Shown: positions 1-10,194 of the stretch, piece after piece
Layout: the number at the start of each line of letters is the position of its first letter
Position numbering within the stretch: position 1 is the first letter of the stretch
Assembly: GCA_052426225.1 (NCBI GenBank)
Contig: JBNJNM010000008.1
Coordinates: 434,001-498,000 of the forward strand
DNA from: Zancudomyces culisetae HAW-14-8
Lineage: Eukaryota; Fungi; Kickxellomycota
DNA: 64,000 nucleotides
Reading direction: 5' to 3'
Translations under genes and position numbers: made by a program
Notes under the pieces: model-generated
Told to the model about the DNA's origin: nothing
Databases searched by the model: none
What the model saw: the letters and a program-made list of their open reading frames with translations, nothing else

Positions 1-9
1 CCTTACTGT

Positions 10-1230
10 CTACTGGGCGGTGTCGTTTTCCTGTGTTGGTGTAATGCTGGAGATGTTGTGGCGTTTTTTTGGACAGTTGATGTTGAAATGGTCATTACCG
101 CCACAATAGAGACAGAGGTTGTTTTCGATACGGTATGCTCTTTGAGCAGGAGTAAGTGGTGGTCTTCTAGTCGATGAAGCGGTACTGAGATCCATTGGTT
201 GAGGTCCATCACTATTAGCTGGTGGAGTGGTAGATGGTGCAGAAACAGGTGAAGCAAACGGGTTGTAAGCAGTGGGTTTGGGTGGCATAGTTGCAGTGGG
301 GTTAACTGGAGGTTGACGACGTTGTGGATGGCTGAAGAGGCGGTTGTCGATCTGGATGGCTGTAGAGATCAGGGTATCGATGTCTTCTATTGGTTCTCTA
401 CGGTTGAGTTCTTGGGATACGTTGTACTTGAGACCGGATAGAAACTGTGAGATCAAAGGTGGTTGGTTCCAGTCAATTAACATCTGTAGGCGTCTAAACT
501 CGGTGGCATATGCGGCAACGGAAGTGGTTTGGCGGAGTTGGCGGATTGCCCTATCAGCATTCTCAATAGGGTTGGGATCACCAAAGGCACGAGTGATAGT
601 TTCTTTAAACAGATTGTAGTTGGAGAGGATGGCAGGACGATCAGACTCTGGAAGGTTTGCTTTCATGAGGTAAGGTTCCATGTAACTGAATGGTGTGCCT
701 GAGAGGTAGGAGATGGCATACAAGACTTTACTTGAGTCTGTGTTGAATTTATCGGGTGAAGCGGCAAAGACGAGGGCAAGCTGTGAAAAGAAGTTGGAAC
801 AGGCGGATGGTTTTCCTGAAAATGTGTCTGGGTGTCTGACTTTGATACTAGGTTCAGAAGTACTAGCAACTTTGGTGGCACGGTTTTCAGTTATATAAAG
901 TATGACTTCGTTCCTGAGGGTACTGAGCTGGTCCTGAAGGGATTGGATTTCCAACTGATTGGCCTGTATGGCGCTTTGGGTTAGCTGGTCTGAATTCTGG
1001 ATATCGGACTGGAGGTTGTTCATGGAGTCAAGGATGGTCTGGATGGACTTGGTAGTGTCTGCTTTGACCTTGTCATAAATTTTCTTGGATACTGTGGCAG
1101 GGTGTTCCTTGATGGCAGACTCGGCTTTTTCTACTCTTATTAGTAGTTGCTGGAGGGCTTCTTCAACTGTTGGCAGGGTCACGGCGGCTTTGTTGAGGAA
1201 TTCAACTTGTTCTGGGCTAAACGGTTCCAT
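10..1230 (-). CDS. gag: Retrotransposon Gag (PEG10/RTL-like capsid plus CCHC zinc knuckle)
   Basis: N-terminal coiled coil; PDTFSG..CSNFFSQL; KVLYAISYLSG; LRQTTSVAAYATEFRRL (major-homology-like); GPQPMDLS; CLYCGGNDHFNINC (CX2CX4HX4C). Confidence 0.92.
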   Translation of the reverse strand: MEPFSPEQVEFLNKAAVTLPTVEEALQQLLIRVEKAESAIKEHPATVSKKIYDKVKADTTKSIQTILDSMNNLQSDIQNSDQLTQSAIQANQLEIQSLQDQLSTLRNEVILYITENRATKVASTSEPSIKVRHPDTFSGKPSACSNFFSQLALVFAASPDKFNTDSSKVLYAISYLSGTPFSYMEPYLMKANLPESDRPAILSNYNLFKETITRAFGDPNPIENADRAIRQLRQTTSVAAYATEFRRLQMLIDWNQPPLISQFLSGLKYNVSQELNRREPIEDIDTLISTAIQIDNRLFSHPQRRQPPVNPTATMPPKPTAYNPFASPVSAPSTTPPANSDGPQPMDLSTASSTRRPPLTPAQRAYRIENNLCLYCGGNDHFNINCPKKRHNISSITPTQENDTAQ

Positions 1231-1279
1231 GGTTAAAATACTTAGGCTGGTGTCAGAAAATAATAAATATAATATTTTG

Positions 1280-1288
1280 ATCTAGTAT
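1280..1288 (-). promoter_or_regulatory. Putative self-priming primer-binding site
   Basis: Minus-strand ATACTAGAT starts 2 nt after the LTR end and is the exact complement of minus-strand ATCTAGTAT (1367-1359), ~30 nt downstream of the LTR TATA; there is no TGG tRNA-type PBS. Confidence 0.7.
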
Positions 1289-1484
1289 AGTGTCAAGATC
1301 TGGAGTCTGGAAAGTTATATTTATTATTATTAAAGTTTATTGTATGAATGTATACAAGATACTAGATACTGAATCCAAGACAGGAAAATTGTACCCTTTT
1401 TATACTTTTTTCCAGCCTTGGTTTTTGAACAAAATCACTATGAAAACTGCGGAATAGCTAAAAATGCAAGTTAAAGAAAAACGT

Positions 1485-1520
1485 GTTTGATTACTAATCA
1501 AATTGGATTAGTAATCAAAC
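1485..1520. promoter_or_regulatory. Inverted repeat with perfect 15-bp arms carrying two Yap1/AP-1-like sites in LTR U3
   Basis: GTTTGATTACTAATC-aaattg-GATTAGTAATCAAAC contains TTACTAA and TTAGTAA; TTACGTAA also occurs at 1566-1573. Confidence 0.5.
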
Positions 1521-1660
1521 AAAAATCAAACTCGAATGCTAATAAAATTAAACATGTGAAAATTATTACGTAAGAAAAATTAATAAATAATGTGAATTTT
1601 CGGTAATGTTCTAGAATGTTTCCCAACATTCTAAACATTACTGCGGAATAAAATCAGATG

Positions 1661-1690
1661 ATTCTAGAACGTTTTCGAACATTCTAGAAT
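1661..1690. promoter_or_regulatory. Heat-shock element array in LTR U3
   Basis: aTTCt aGAAc gTTTt cGAAc aTTCt aGAAt: six alternating nGAAn units with one mismatch; a degenerate second copy lies at 1608-1636. Confidence 0.65.
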
Positions 1691-2214
1691 CAGTTCATGA
1701 CAGAGTTGATAAAAACTGCAAGTTTTTCGGCACTGACTGCACCTCCGTCACGGATTGCTTCGTGCATGAAGTAATCCAAAGGTCTTGTAACGGCTGATAA
1801 ACGGTACTGGATGTCATATAACATCGCATCAGTACGTTTATTGTCACCTGATAACTTGATGTTTTCCTCTGGTGGTTCATAATCCATGCCAGAGTTTCTT
1901 GGGATGGCTGCGTAAAACTTCTTGCGTTCGACATCTGCCAGTGGTGTCCAAAAGAAATCCTGTTCAACTGTTGGTAGCGCCTTTTGCAGTTTTGGATACA
2001 TGACCAGGTCAGATGGTGTTGGTCTGGGAACCACGAAGTTTTCAACTGAATCATCGTCGACTGCATCAACGATTGATGGAGCAGTGATGTTTGCTGAATC
2101 ACTGATTTCTGATACTGACATGTGATCATTTGGTGCGGTTTGTTTTTCAAGAGCTGATAATCTCTCCAAAATCTGTTGCAAAACTTCAACTGTAACGTTT
2201 GCATTTTGACTCAT
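1690..2214 (-). pseudogene. ORF1/gag-like protein of a probable DIRS/tyrosine-recombinase-type retroelement, truncated by the LTR insertion
   Basis: Motifs YPKLQKALP..EQDFF..PL.DVERKK...PRN.GMDY.PP and DAMLYDIQYRLSAVTRPLDYFMH resemble, from memory, a repetitive ORF family of early-diverging fungi. The last codons and stop (VMN*) are supplied by the LTR. Confidence 0.55.
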
Positions 2215-4271
2215 TATTGAAAATTTAACTAATGACTTTTATAAATACTATGTATTTTTTACAAGCTGGTTGAGTACCTAGCGAAAGAAAAGATGGTAAA
2301 GATTCATCAGGAAACAGGGGACATCAGTTTATATATGGTTTAAATTTATTTTATTTAGTTAGTTTTACTTATTTTATAAAAATTATACAGTGATGTCTGT
2401 CATTACACACATCATTACGTATAAAGTTTCTAAATTTAAACACTCTTTTTATCGATTTAATTTTTTACCAAATTTTAAGGTAATGGATTAATCGATAAAA
2501 ATAGTATCTAGGAAAGAATTTTCGATTTATAATAAAGATTGGTACACACATAATTGTATCTGGATAAGTGAAGCATAATCGACTTTTTCAAACCTCTCCA
2601 AACAAAATCATTTCGATCAAATGGTGGGCTATCAAGTAGGTGTATTTGACAACCATCATTCCCGCATCGCCTATCCTTATAGTCGTCATAGTTATATGGA
2701 TCTACAATTTTGCGACTAAACCCCTGTTTTCCGCCAAGCAATCTCAAAAATTCAAAATTTTGCATTTTTTAAGTGTAGATATACGTTTGTATCTGTGGTA
2801 ATTATTGAGTTATTCAAGGTTTTAGTTTTATGTCTTTTTTTAAAGAATATTAAACTTTTATGAACGTATACTATTTTAAATATTTAGGTTTGAAAAAAAC
2901 GCAAATATATATGTAATTTTATAAGATTGCATGGTGAGTCTCTCCAATTACAAAAAAGAACCTAGCGTGATATATATTTATGTACCAAGGGCTAATGTGT
3001 TTCATAATTTTCTAACTGCTATTCACCAACGCTAACTTGTTGGGTAAAAAGTCGAGATATTAAAAATATTAGCTAAAAATAAACAAATTCTTGTGGATAT
3101 CCACTTGGAAATCAGCATCTACTGACCCATCCGTTAGGTCATGCCTGATTCTCTCATTGTTCTAAATACTAATGTTTAATGTCCTGTTTATTGACTCATT
3201 CGCTAATATAATGTTATTATTCGAAAACCAAATCACGCATAAAATTGTTATTCTTATTCTTAAACTCCTAGATAAACACAAATGAATCTTAGTATTAAAT
3301 GATGAATTGTAAACTGAATATACGCGGTTTTTGTCTTTGCAACATCACATGACATCGTGGTGTATTAAAAAAAGTCTATTCAAAGTAAGAGTTGGAATGA
3401 CCCAAACTGACAGTTTTGTTATCATTTTTTATTCGCTTATTGTATATGTATACAAATTGTTATCTCTCATGCTCAGTTACATGAATGGTTAATATTATGC
3501 GTATTGGTTTTGACATTACACACCACTCAGCTTTAAAAAATACCTACAAAAAATACGAAAAGATAAAGGAGACGAAAAAAATAGGGAAAATGATACTTTT
3601 TTTGAACTGAACTTTCAAAAAAATTAAATTAAACAATACACATCTGCCTTATAATGCGTATAACACCTTTATCACATATATTTTGTGTGTAACTCTATTT
3701 GAATCTAGTCCTTTAGAATCCCATGTTTTATTTTTAAATTTTCCACTCTGCCCGGTTTAATATTCACTTTGTACTTTTTACTAACATTGACTTTTGGATG
3801 TAGTTTTTAGTTAAATCTGGATTAAAGTTGATTACAAAATATTGTAAGCAACATATCAAAACTGGATAAAAATAAATAAGCTTAAAAAACAATAACATTA
3901 TAATGACTATACATTAGATCTATTAATTATACCTACTAATAACATCATCCTATAGTGTCCTTATCATTACTAAACAACACTTTAAAACCTTTGTTTTAGC
4001 GCGTGAAATGTTGTTTACAATATCATAAGACACGGATAGTTGTTCGTGACTAAAAACGGATAATTATAATTGATGATGTTTGGTAAGTTAAGTAGCTAAG
4101 AAAGCAGGGGTAAACAAAGAGCAAGAATATCTTAGTGTTTAGATAAGTAATGGTTTTGGTAACACTAAGGGGTCACAAGTCTAGACATTATGACATTATG
4201 GCTTTGCAACGCTTTTTATTAGGTATGATTTGGTACTTAATGTCATTTTAAAGGTGTTTATTTTTTGAATG

Positions 4272-4366
4272 AAACTGCTTACAAAAAACTGCTTACAAAA
4301 AACTGCTTATGAAAAACTGCTTACAAAAAACTGCTTATGAAAAACTGCTTATGAAAAACTGCTTAC
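4272..4366 (+). repeat. 14-bp tandem array, ~7 units of AAACTGCTTA(CA/TG)AA
   Basis: Read directly; two unit variants interspersed. Confidence 0.9.
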
Positions 4367-5002
4367 TAATACAGTTTCTTAAACACTAAGAACTAAAATT
4401 TCTATTTTTGAAATCCAAATTTAAAAGCCACACTGATAGAATTATGAAACGTGGTGATGGTGATGATGGTGGTGATGGTGGTGGGGGTGGTGGTGGGGAT
4501 GGGGGGTTATCTAGTTTCTCATAAGCTAAGCATCTGTTATCTATGAACCCGATCATAGATGCTTATTTGAAGATCTAACTATGATTATTTTCTTGCTATT
4601 ATTCATATAATCTATTAAATGGTTTCTAGATTACCCCTGGTCTGTATTCAAAAACAAGTAAATAAAACAGACTGTGAGAAGTTTAGTAAGTGGCGCAATG
4701 GTATGTGACTAAAAGTCTGAGTGTTCGCCCCTTTTTCATTGATCAGCATTGCTTTTCAAATTTATCGAGAAATACATCGATAAAAAGGCTATCTGAATTA
4801 GTGATATGACTTATTAAGCTCATTTTAAAGTTGACTGAAAATTCATAAAGTTAAAGTGTTTAATTAACTGAAAATCAAGTTAAAGACAGAACACCAGATA
4901 GTATATAAAAACAAAGAATAAACCGCATGTGTATAGATTATTACTGTTGACTTGAAGTTATTGCTTAAGTAATAAATCATAAAAACTCTACATATTAAGA
5001 AA

Positions 5003-5530
5003 ATGGCAAAGGTGATGATTATTCCGTTCATGGTTTTGCTCATCAGATTGATGTTTACCACGGCTCAATCTAATACAAGCTTTGATATTGCTGCAGGAAA
5101 TGACATGGTGTTGGAGCAAACGGGTATGCAAGTTATTAATTCAACACGTCCTTTAGGGCGTAGCATAAACAATCAAGCTACTAAATGTTTGTACGAAAAA
5201 GTGGGTACCTGCATAAACAACTTTTGTAGTTCTTATACATCGTTTGGATCAATTCAGGTATGGAGAACAAAGCTTTATGCCTGGTCAGAAAATGGTGGAA
5301 GCTTGTCAAACATCGATTTCCAAAACTTTATACGTGATCGCTTGATAAATAACCCATATGGTACATGTACAACTTATTGCATGTACAATGCAAGCAACCC
5401 ATCAATAAGAGTATGCGTTAAAGTGACTGAGATGTTTGATTGTGCAGGTGATTGCAGTACCGGAATCGACTTTGGAGGCTGTAATGTACAGTGGAATCGT
5501 AGCGCAAATACTTGTGACTTTTATTCATGA
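5003..5530 (+). CDS. Small secreted cysteine-rich protein (175 aa, 10 Cys), copy 1
   Basis: ATG-started intronless ORF with higher GC than its flanks; hydrophobic signal peptide (MAKVMIIPFMVLLIRLMFTTA); Cys-free pro-like segment, then 10 Cys; TATATAAA at ~4902. Confidence 0.85.
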   Translation: MAKVMIIPFMVLLIRLMFTTAQSNTSFDIAAGNDMVLEQTGMQVINSTRPLGRSINNQATKCLYEKVGTCINNFCSSYTSFGSIQVWRTKLYAWSENGGSLSNIDFQNFIRDRLINNPYGTCTTYCMYNASNPSIRVCVKVTEMFDCAGDCSTGIDFGGCNVQWNRSANTCDFYS

Positions 5531-5821
5531 GAGCCTTTTATTTGAATATTAGGATTTAGATCGTGTAGGAGTGAAGTTCCTAAATGAATGGAAAGAAATT
5601 GGTTAGATAAATATTATGTAGGATTATTTTTTAATAGCTTTATGTGATATTTATTTAATAAATCCATTGAGAAAAAAAGCCAGTATATCATATTTAATAG
5701 TACTTCATACCCCCACTTTTTTAAAAGCTATTGCTTGATCAGTTTTGATTAGGAAGTAACTCATTTTGAGACTTGTAGTTTATCGTAAATAAATTGTTGA
5801 AAAGAATGTCATTTTATTAAC

Positions 5822-5954
5822 TAATACAGTATGATATAATAAATACAGTATTTAGAACATAATACAGTATGATACAATAAATACAATACAATACAGTATA
5901 ATACAACAAAATACACTATAATACAATAAATACAATACAATATAACATAATACA
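5822..5954 (+). repeat. Degenerate (ATACA)n-type low-complexity repeat, mirrored at ~20757-20890
   Basis: aatacagtatgatacaataaatacaatacaatacagtataatacaac... Confidence 0.7.
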
Positions 5955-8900
5955 TTTAACCAACTCCAGTGCACTAAATTAATTTTATTTGTTTTTACAA
6001 TTTAGGAATCGTGTTGATATTTCAATTATACAGCGGTGTAGTATACCAATTTTAACGCTTTCCCATCACTTATAAGCTAAACCCAAAAAAACATCCAATT
6101 CAACTAAATCAACTAAATCAAAACCAGAATATAGATACTTGACCTTTTATATGATAAATTAGCACCAACACTCAACTGCCATTTTGTGACAACCCCTGTG
6201 TTTTTTACAGGGTATTCAGCTTGTCTATTTATAATGTATTCAACAATACCATCAGTTAACTCGCATATGTGACCATTATCTGTGGCCTACAATATCTACT
6301 TTTCATCACAATATATATAGAGTTTATCGTTTGAGATCCGCAGTGGTACTTGTTTTCCACCTTTACCAAACTTCAAGATAAGCGTATAGATGTGATTAAT
6401 ACTTATTGCATCAGCGCCAAAGTACATTCCCTCAATATTATCGTAATTGCAAGTGTTAAGGATTTGAGTTGACCACCAGCTTTATACTTTAAAATAAATT
6501 GTAAATCCAAAAGTTTAGTATATCAAACGTATATCGTTTTTTAATTTAAAGCTTAATTCTAGTTTGTTTTACTTGCACTATTTGAATATTTAAAGACTTG
6601 AATGTTATTTTACTTTTTTTAACTACAGTTTCTAATAACGTGTATACAATAAACTCCTAAAAAAATGACAAAGTTCTTCGAAATCGTAGGTTGACTAAGC
6701 TATTCAAACAAATCAATAAATTACAATTAGCTACAACAAACATAGCGTGTGTTTTTTTAAAAAAGAGCTGAAAAGTCAATTTTGCTGTTGGTAACCTTGG
6801 TATTAGATATTTTGACAAAATCATATTCCAAGTTGAATTTCCTGTTTGACTTCGCACCTTTATGCGGCGAATGATGTTGTGTGAGTGCTGAGTTAGTAGA
6901 CAAACATCATTTCTTGTAGAAAGCTATCTATTACAGGTTTTACTATAGGTACTAATTATTCGGCGCAAACAGAAACGCTTCCTAAACCCAATAAATGTAA
7001 CAAATCCATTAATTTTGCCTTGAAATTTTCCATTTCACGGACATAAACATTCAAACTGAATATGAAACACCCTAACTAGCAGATATATTTCAGTTAATCT
7101 ATGATAAGTATAATATAAGCCTATTCGCAGAACATCATCCAAAGCTTTCTTTTAGGTTGCTGACTAGAAACACTCTGCGGAACCAGCACTTCCTATTTTT
7201 TACCAGGGAGTATCACAATCTACTGTTTTTGTTGCTACTACATTTTCATTTGTGTGCGGTTTATAATATGTACACATTAAATTATGTAATGCCATCTGTA
7301 ATAAAATCTAAACATTTTTCATTTAAATACACTGTGATGAAGTAAACGCAATAAATTGCTTACATAATCGCCGATACATGAAAAATGCTTTTTCTTAAGG
7401 GTCAAATTATTTTTATAGCCAAAATGGAGGTTAATATGAAAGAACACAATGTTTTTTTAAATGGCCGCTCATTTTCAGTAATATAATAGAATTACATCAT
7501 TCATTCTTAACGCAGTTATTTATCACAACTTTGAATACGGATTTTGTAAATAAACATCAGAAGTTAGGCACAAGGTCGTCAGTTTCCGGCGAATTTAAAA
7601 AAACATTGGACTTTGTAATTTATGGCTTGGTTGGATTGTCAAAATTATTAATGACTGTACAAAGTTGAAAAATACGCTAGATTCACGGCCCCACGCCCAT
7701 TGCGTGTTCAAAAAAGCACAAATAGTAAAAATTAAGTACAAATTGAAGTGTGAGTCGTACCCACATACTGTGGTGATGAATACCAAAATGTGTACCACGT
7801 TCATTATTTATCAAGATTTAAAAACATTTTTATTAAACGTTAAAGATCTTTGTTTCATATTATGGTCGCATAGCTCAAAATAAATTAAAAACATCAACTA
7901 CACATCTAGTGGATTTTCTAAGTACAGTGTTATTGGTGTTCATAAACTCAATCATGCTATAGTATTTTCGAACTGTTTCATCAGTACTATTGCTAATAAT
8001 ACATCAATATTTACCGAAAACTCGTATATTTTTTCCTTATCATAATTAATCTATTCCAGAGCATTATACAATTGTCATTGTTAAAACTACAATCATAAGC
8101 ATATGGTATAAAGGTCGAGTTATTTGAACTATTGAGTATAATTTAATCGTAATCAACGACATTTAGAATAATATCGTATTGGCAGCTATATCATAAATAA
8201 TTTTAAATTAAACTGCAACTTTTGACTCAACGAGAGTTTATAAGTCTGATCAACATAATCTACTTTGAATCACCCACCCGCATTTAAGTCCACTTTACTC
8301 TTCTCACCGTTCTCACTCAACTTGTGTGTTTATCAATTATGAAACCATCACTAATTATATATAGTATAGATGACTAAAATCGTGCACAACAATAACAACA
8401 AAATCTTCATTTATTTTGATTAAAAAAAGTCTTTTGTTAGAATCATAAGGTAAAAGTGACGTAAACTTATATTGATAAAGCGGAGAATAAAAACAAGAGC
8501 GAGCCACAATATTTATTTTTAGTGAGAATTTGCAAGCAATCTAATTAGTTAGAGATGTATGACGTCGATTTAGAGATCAATATTTTCTCGGTTTTATTTT
8601 AGCGTAGATTTGTAAGTGCCTAATCAGTTGCAACGTTATATTAGCGACTATACTGAATATCTTTACACAGTGTAAAATACTTTCACTCAAAATGAACATT
8701 ACTTTAAAATATCTTTTTTATTCATTTTCTTATATTTTTCTTGTATTTTTAATATTTTTAATTACCTATATTTTACAAATCGCGCATATACTCAATATTT
8801 CGATATTTTAATGATCTACAACATAAAATCGTAATATTTTGATTAAATTGATACTGAAAAAAATATATCCTAAATATCTATCTAACTAATTCTCATTTGT

Positions 8901-10194
8901 TCCCCTAGGAGCTCCATAATCCACCAGGCTTTGAATCAATTTAATTACTCGCTCAAAACCTGGGTTCTTTAGAATCATGCAAAAATCTACCTTCTACAAT
9001 CTTATTGGTCGTAAGGTGTGTTAATATGTTTGAGAGCGCCCACACACAAGCCACCCACTAACTGACCTTTTCAGTTATCAGATGCTTTCCCAGATTTTCT
9101 AAATATTCACAGGGCTATCTTGTCGCGCTTCGATAAACCTCTCTACATAATCCAGAACTTGTCTCTTCTTTCCTTTACTCTTGATCCTATTATGACTTTC
9201 TCAACCATTCCTTTTTCTCTAATTTTTACGAATTCATTTTAACTTGAATTTATGGCTTGCCGACCTGAATAAGAAATATTCTAGTAGTATTGGACTATAT
9301 AAATCAAATAGTTAAACTCCCCATATTGTTAAAAATAAATAGCAGCGATACTTTGTTAGCCGTTACTTGTGTCATAATTATAATAGATAATAATGATATA
9401 TCAAAAATAATCTGGCCCTCGAGTGCTAAGCGTAAATTTTTATAAAATTCACCTAGCGTTATTAATATTTACTAATTCACATTTCTAATGTTGTCAAACT
9501 CAAGTAGTTTATTCAACCTGGTACTCTTTTTAGTTTTAAATCGTTAAATTTGTAGAAATATACTATAGCTTATTTTCATATTTCCTATATTTGAACTATG
9601 TTATATATCACTAATTACATGGGTACTGAATTGAGATAAGTTGCTTACACCAATGTCTGTCTTCCTAGCTTCATTCCATTACTACTACCTGCCTGAGAAA
9701 GTGTATTCCATTCAAGCATCATTTATTTATGTAATTTAAAAGTTTGTTTAATTATTACCTATTTTTACTCAAAAAACCCATTAATGACAATATTCGACGG
9801 TGTTTGGTATACGTTTTTCAAAATAATAATAACAGTTGTTTGGATCCTTTACTGATATACTTATTATCATTATTTTCAAATGCTGGTTATCAGGGTATTT
9901 GAAATATATCATACAAATAATCAATATCTTTGAGAGTAACAGCACTCGGAATAACAGGGATTACCTAAAACGCTAACTGTGCAATACATCAAAGAGCTAA
10001 GAAAAGTGTACTACTCAATGTACCGATATCTAACTTTTTTCCAAAACGCATAAAGATTCATTTATAAAAACAACTACACAATAGAGTATATCCCTCAAAT
10101 AGTACTCGGTATTAACTACTCAGAAAATAGAATACACTAATCTATACAAGCTCTGCTAAACTAATTGATATCCCAACTAGAAACACTTATACAA

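Larger units (their letters stand above)
1..1702 (-). mobile_element. 5' part of a Ty3/Gypsy (Tf1/sushi-like) LTR retrotransposon, continuing off the left edge
   Basis: LTR with TG..CA termini at 1702/1291, a short leader, then a gag ORF with a CCHC knuckle; the -1 frame is open to the window edge. Confidence 0.9.
1291..1702 (-). repeat. 5' LTR (412 bp)
   Basis: Minus strand begins TGTCATGA (1702) and ends TCTTGACA (1291), a 7/8 terminal inverted match. TATAAAAA at 1404-1397 and AATAAA at 1341-1336. Lies 60 bp upstream of the gag ATG. The second LTR is outside the window. Confidence 0.85.
2574..8865 (+). repeat. Left arm of a large inverted repeat (~6.3 kb)
   Basis: Reverse complement of 17836-24138 from CATAATCGACTTTTTC to GATACTGAAAAAAATA; mirrored ORF pairs (5003/21708, 6657/20045, 7157/19545, 7665/19037). 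Confidence 0.97.

Noticed and set aside
4272-4366. CRISPR-like or telomeric array
   Set aside because: Units are contiguous with no unique spacers, the genome is eukaryotic, and the array is internal and short
6657-7883. Short ORFs present twice (6657/19845, 7157/19357, 7595/18898, 7665/18819)
   Set aside because: Their similarity is explained by the recent duplication; mostly non-ATG starts, AT-rich, and the few differences change amino acids
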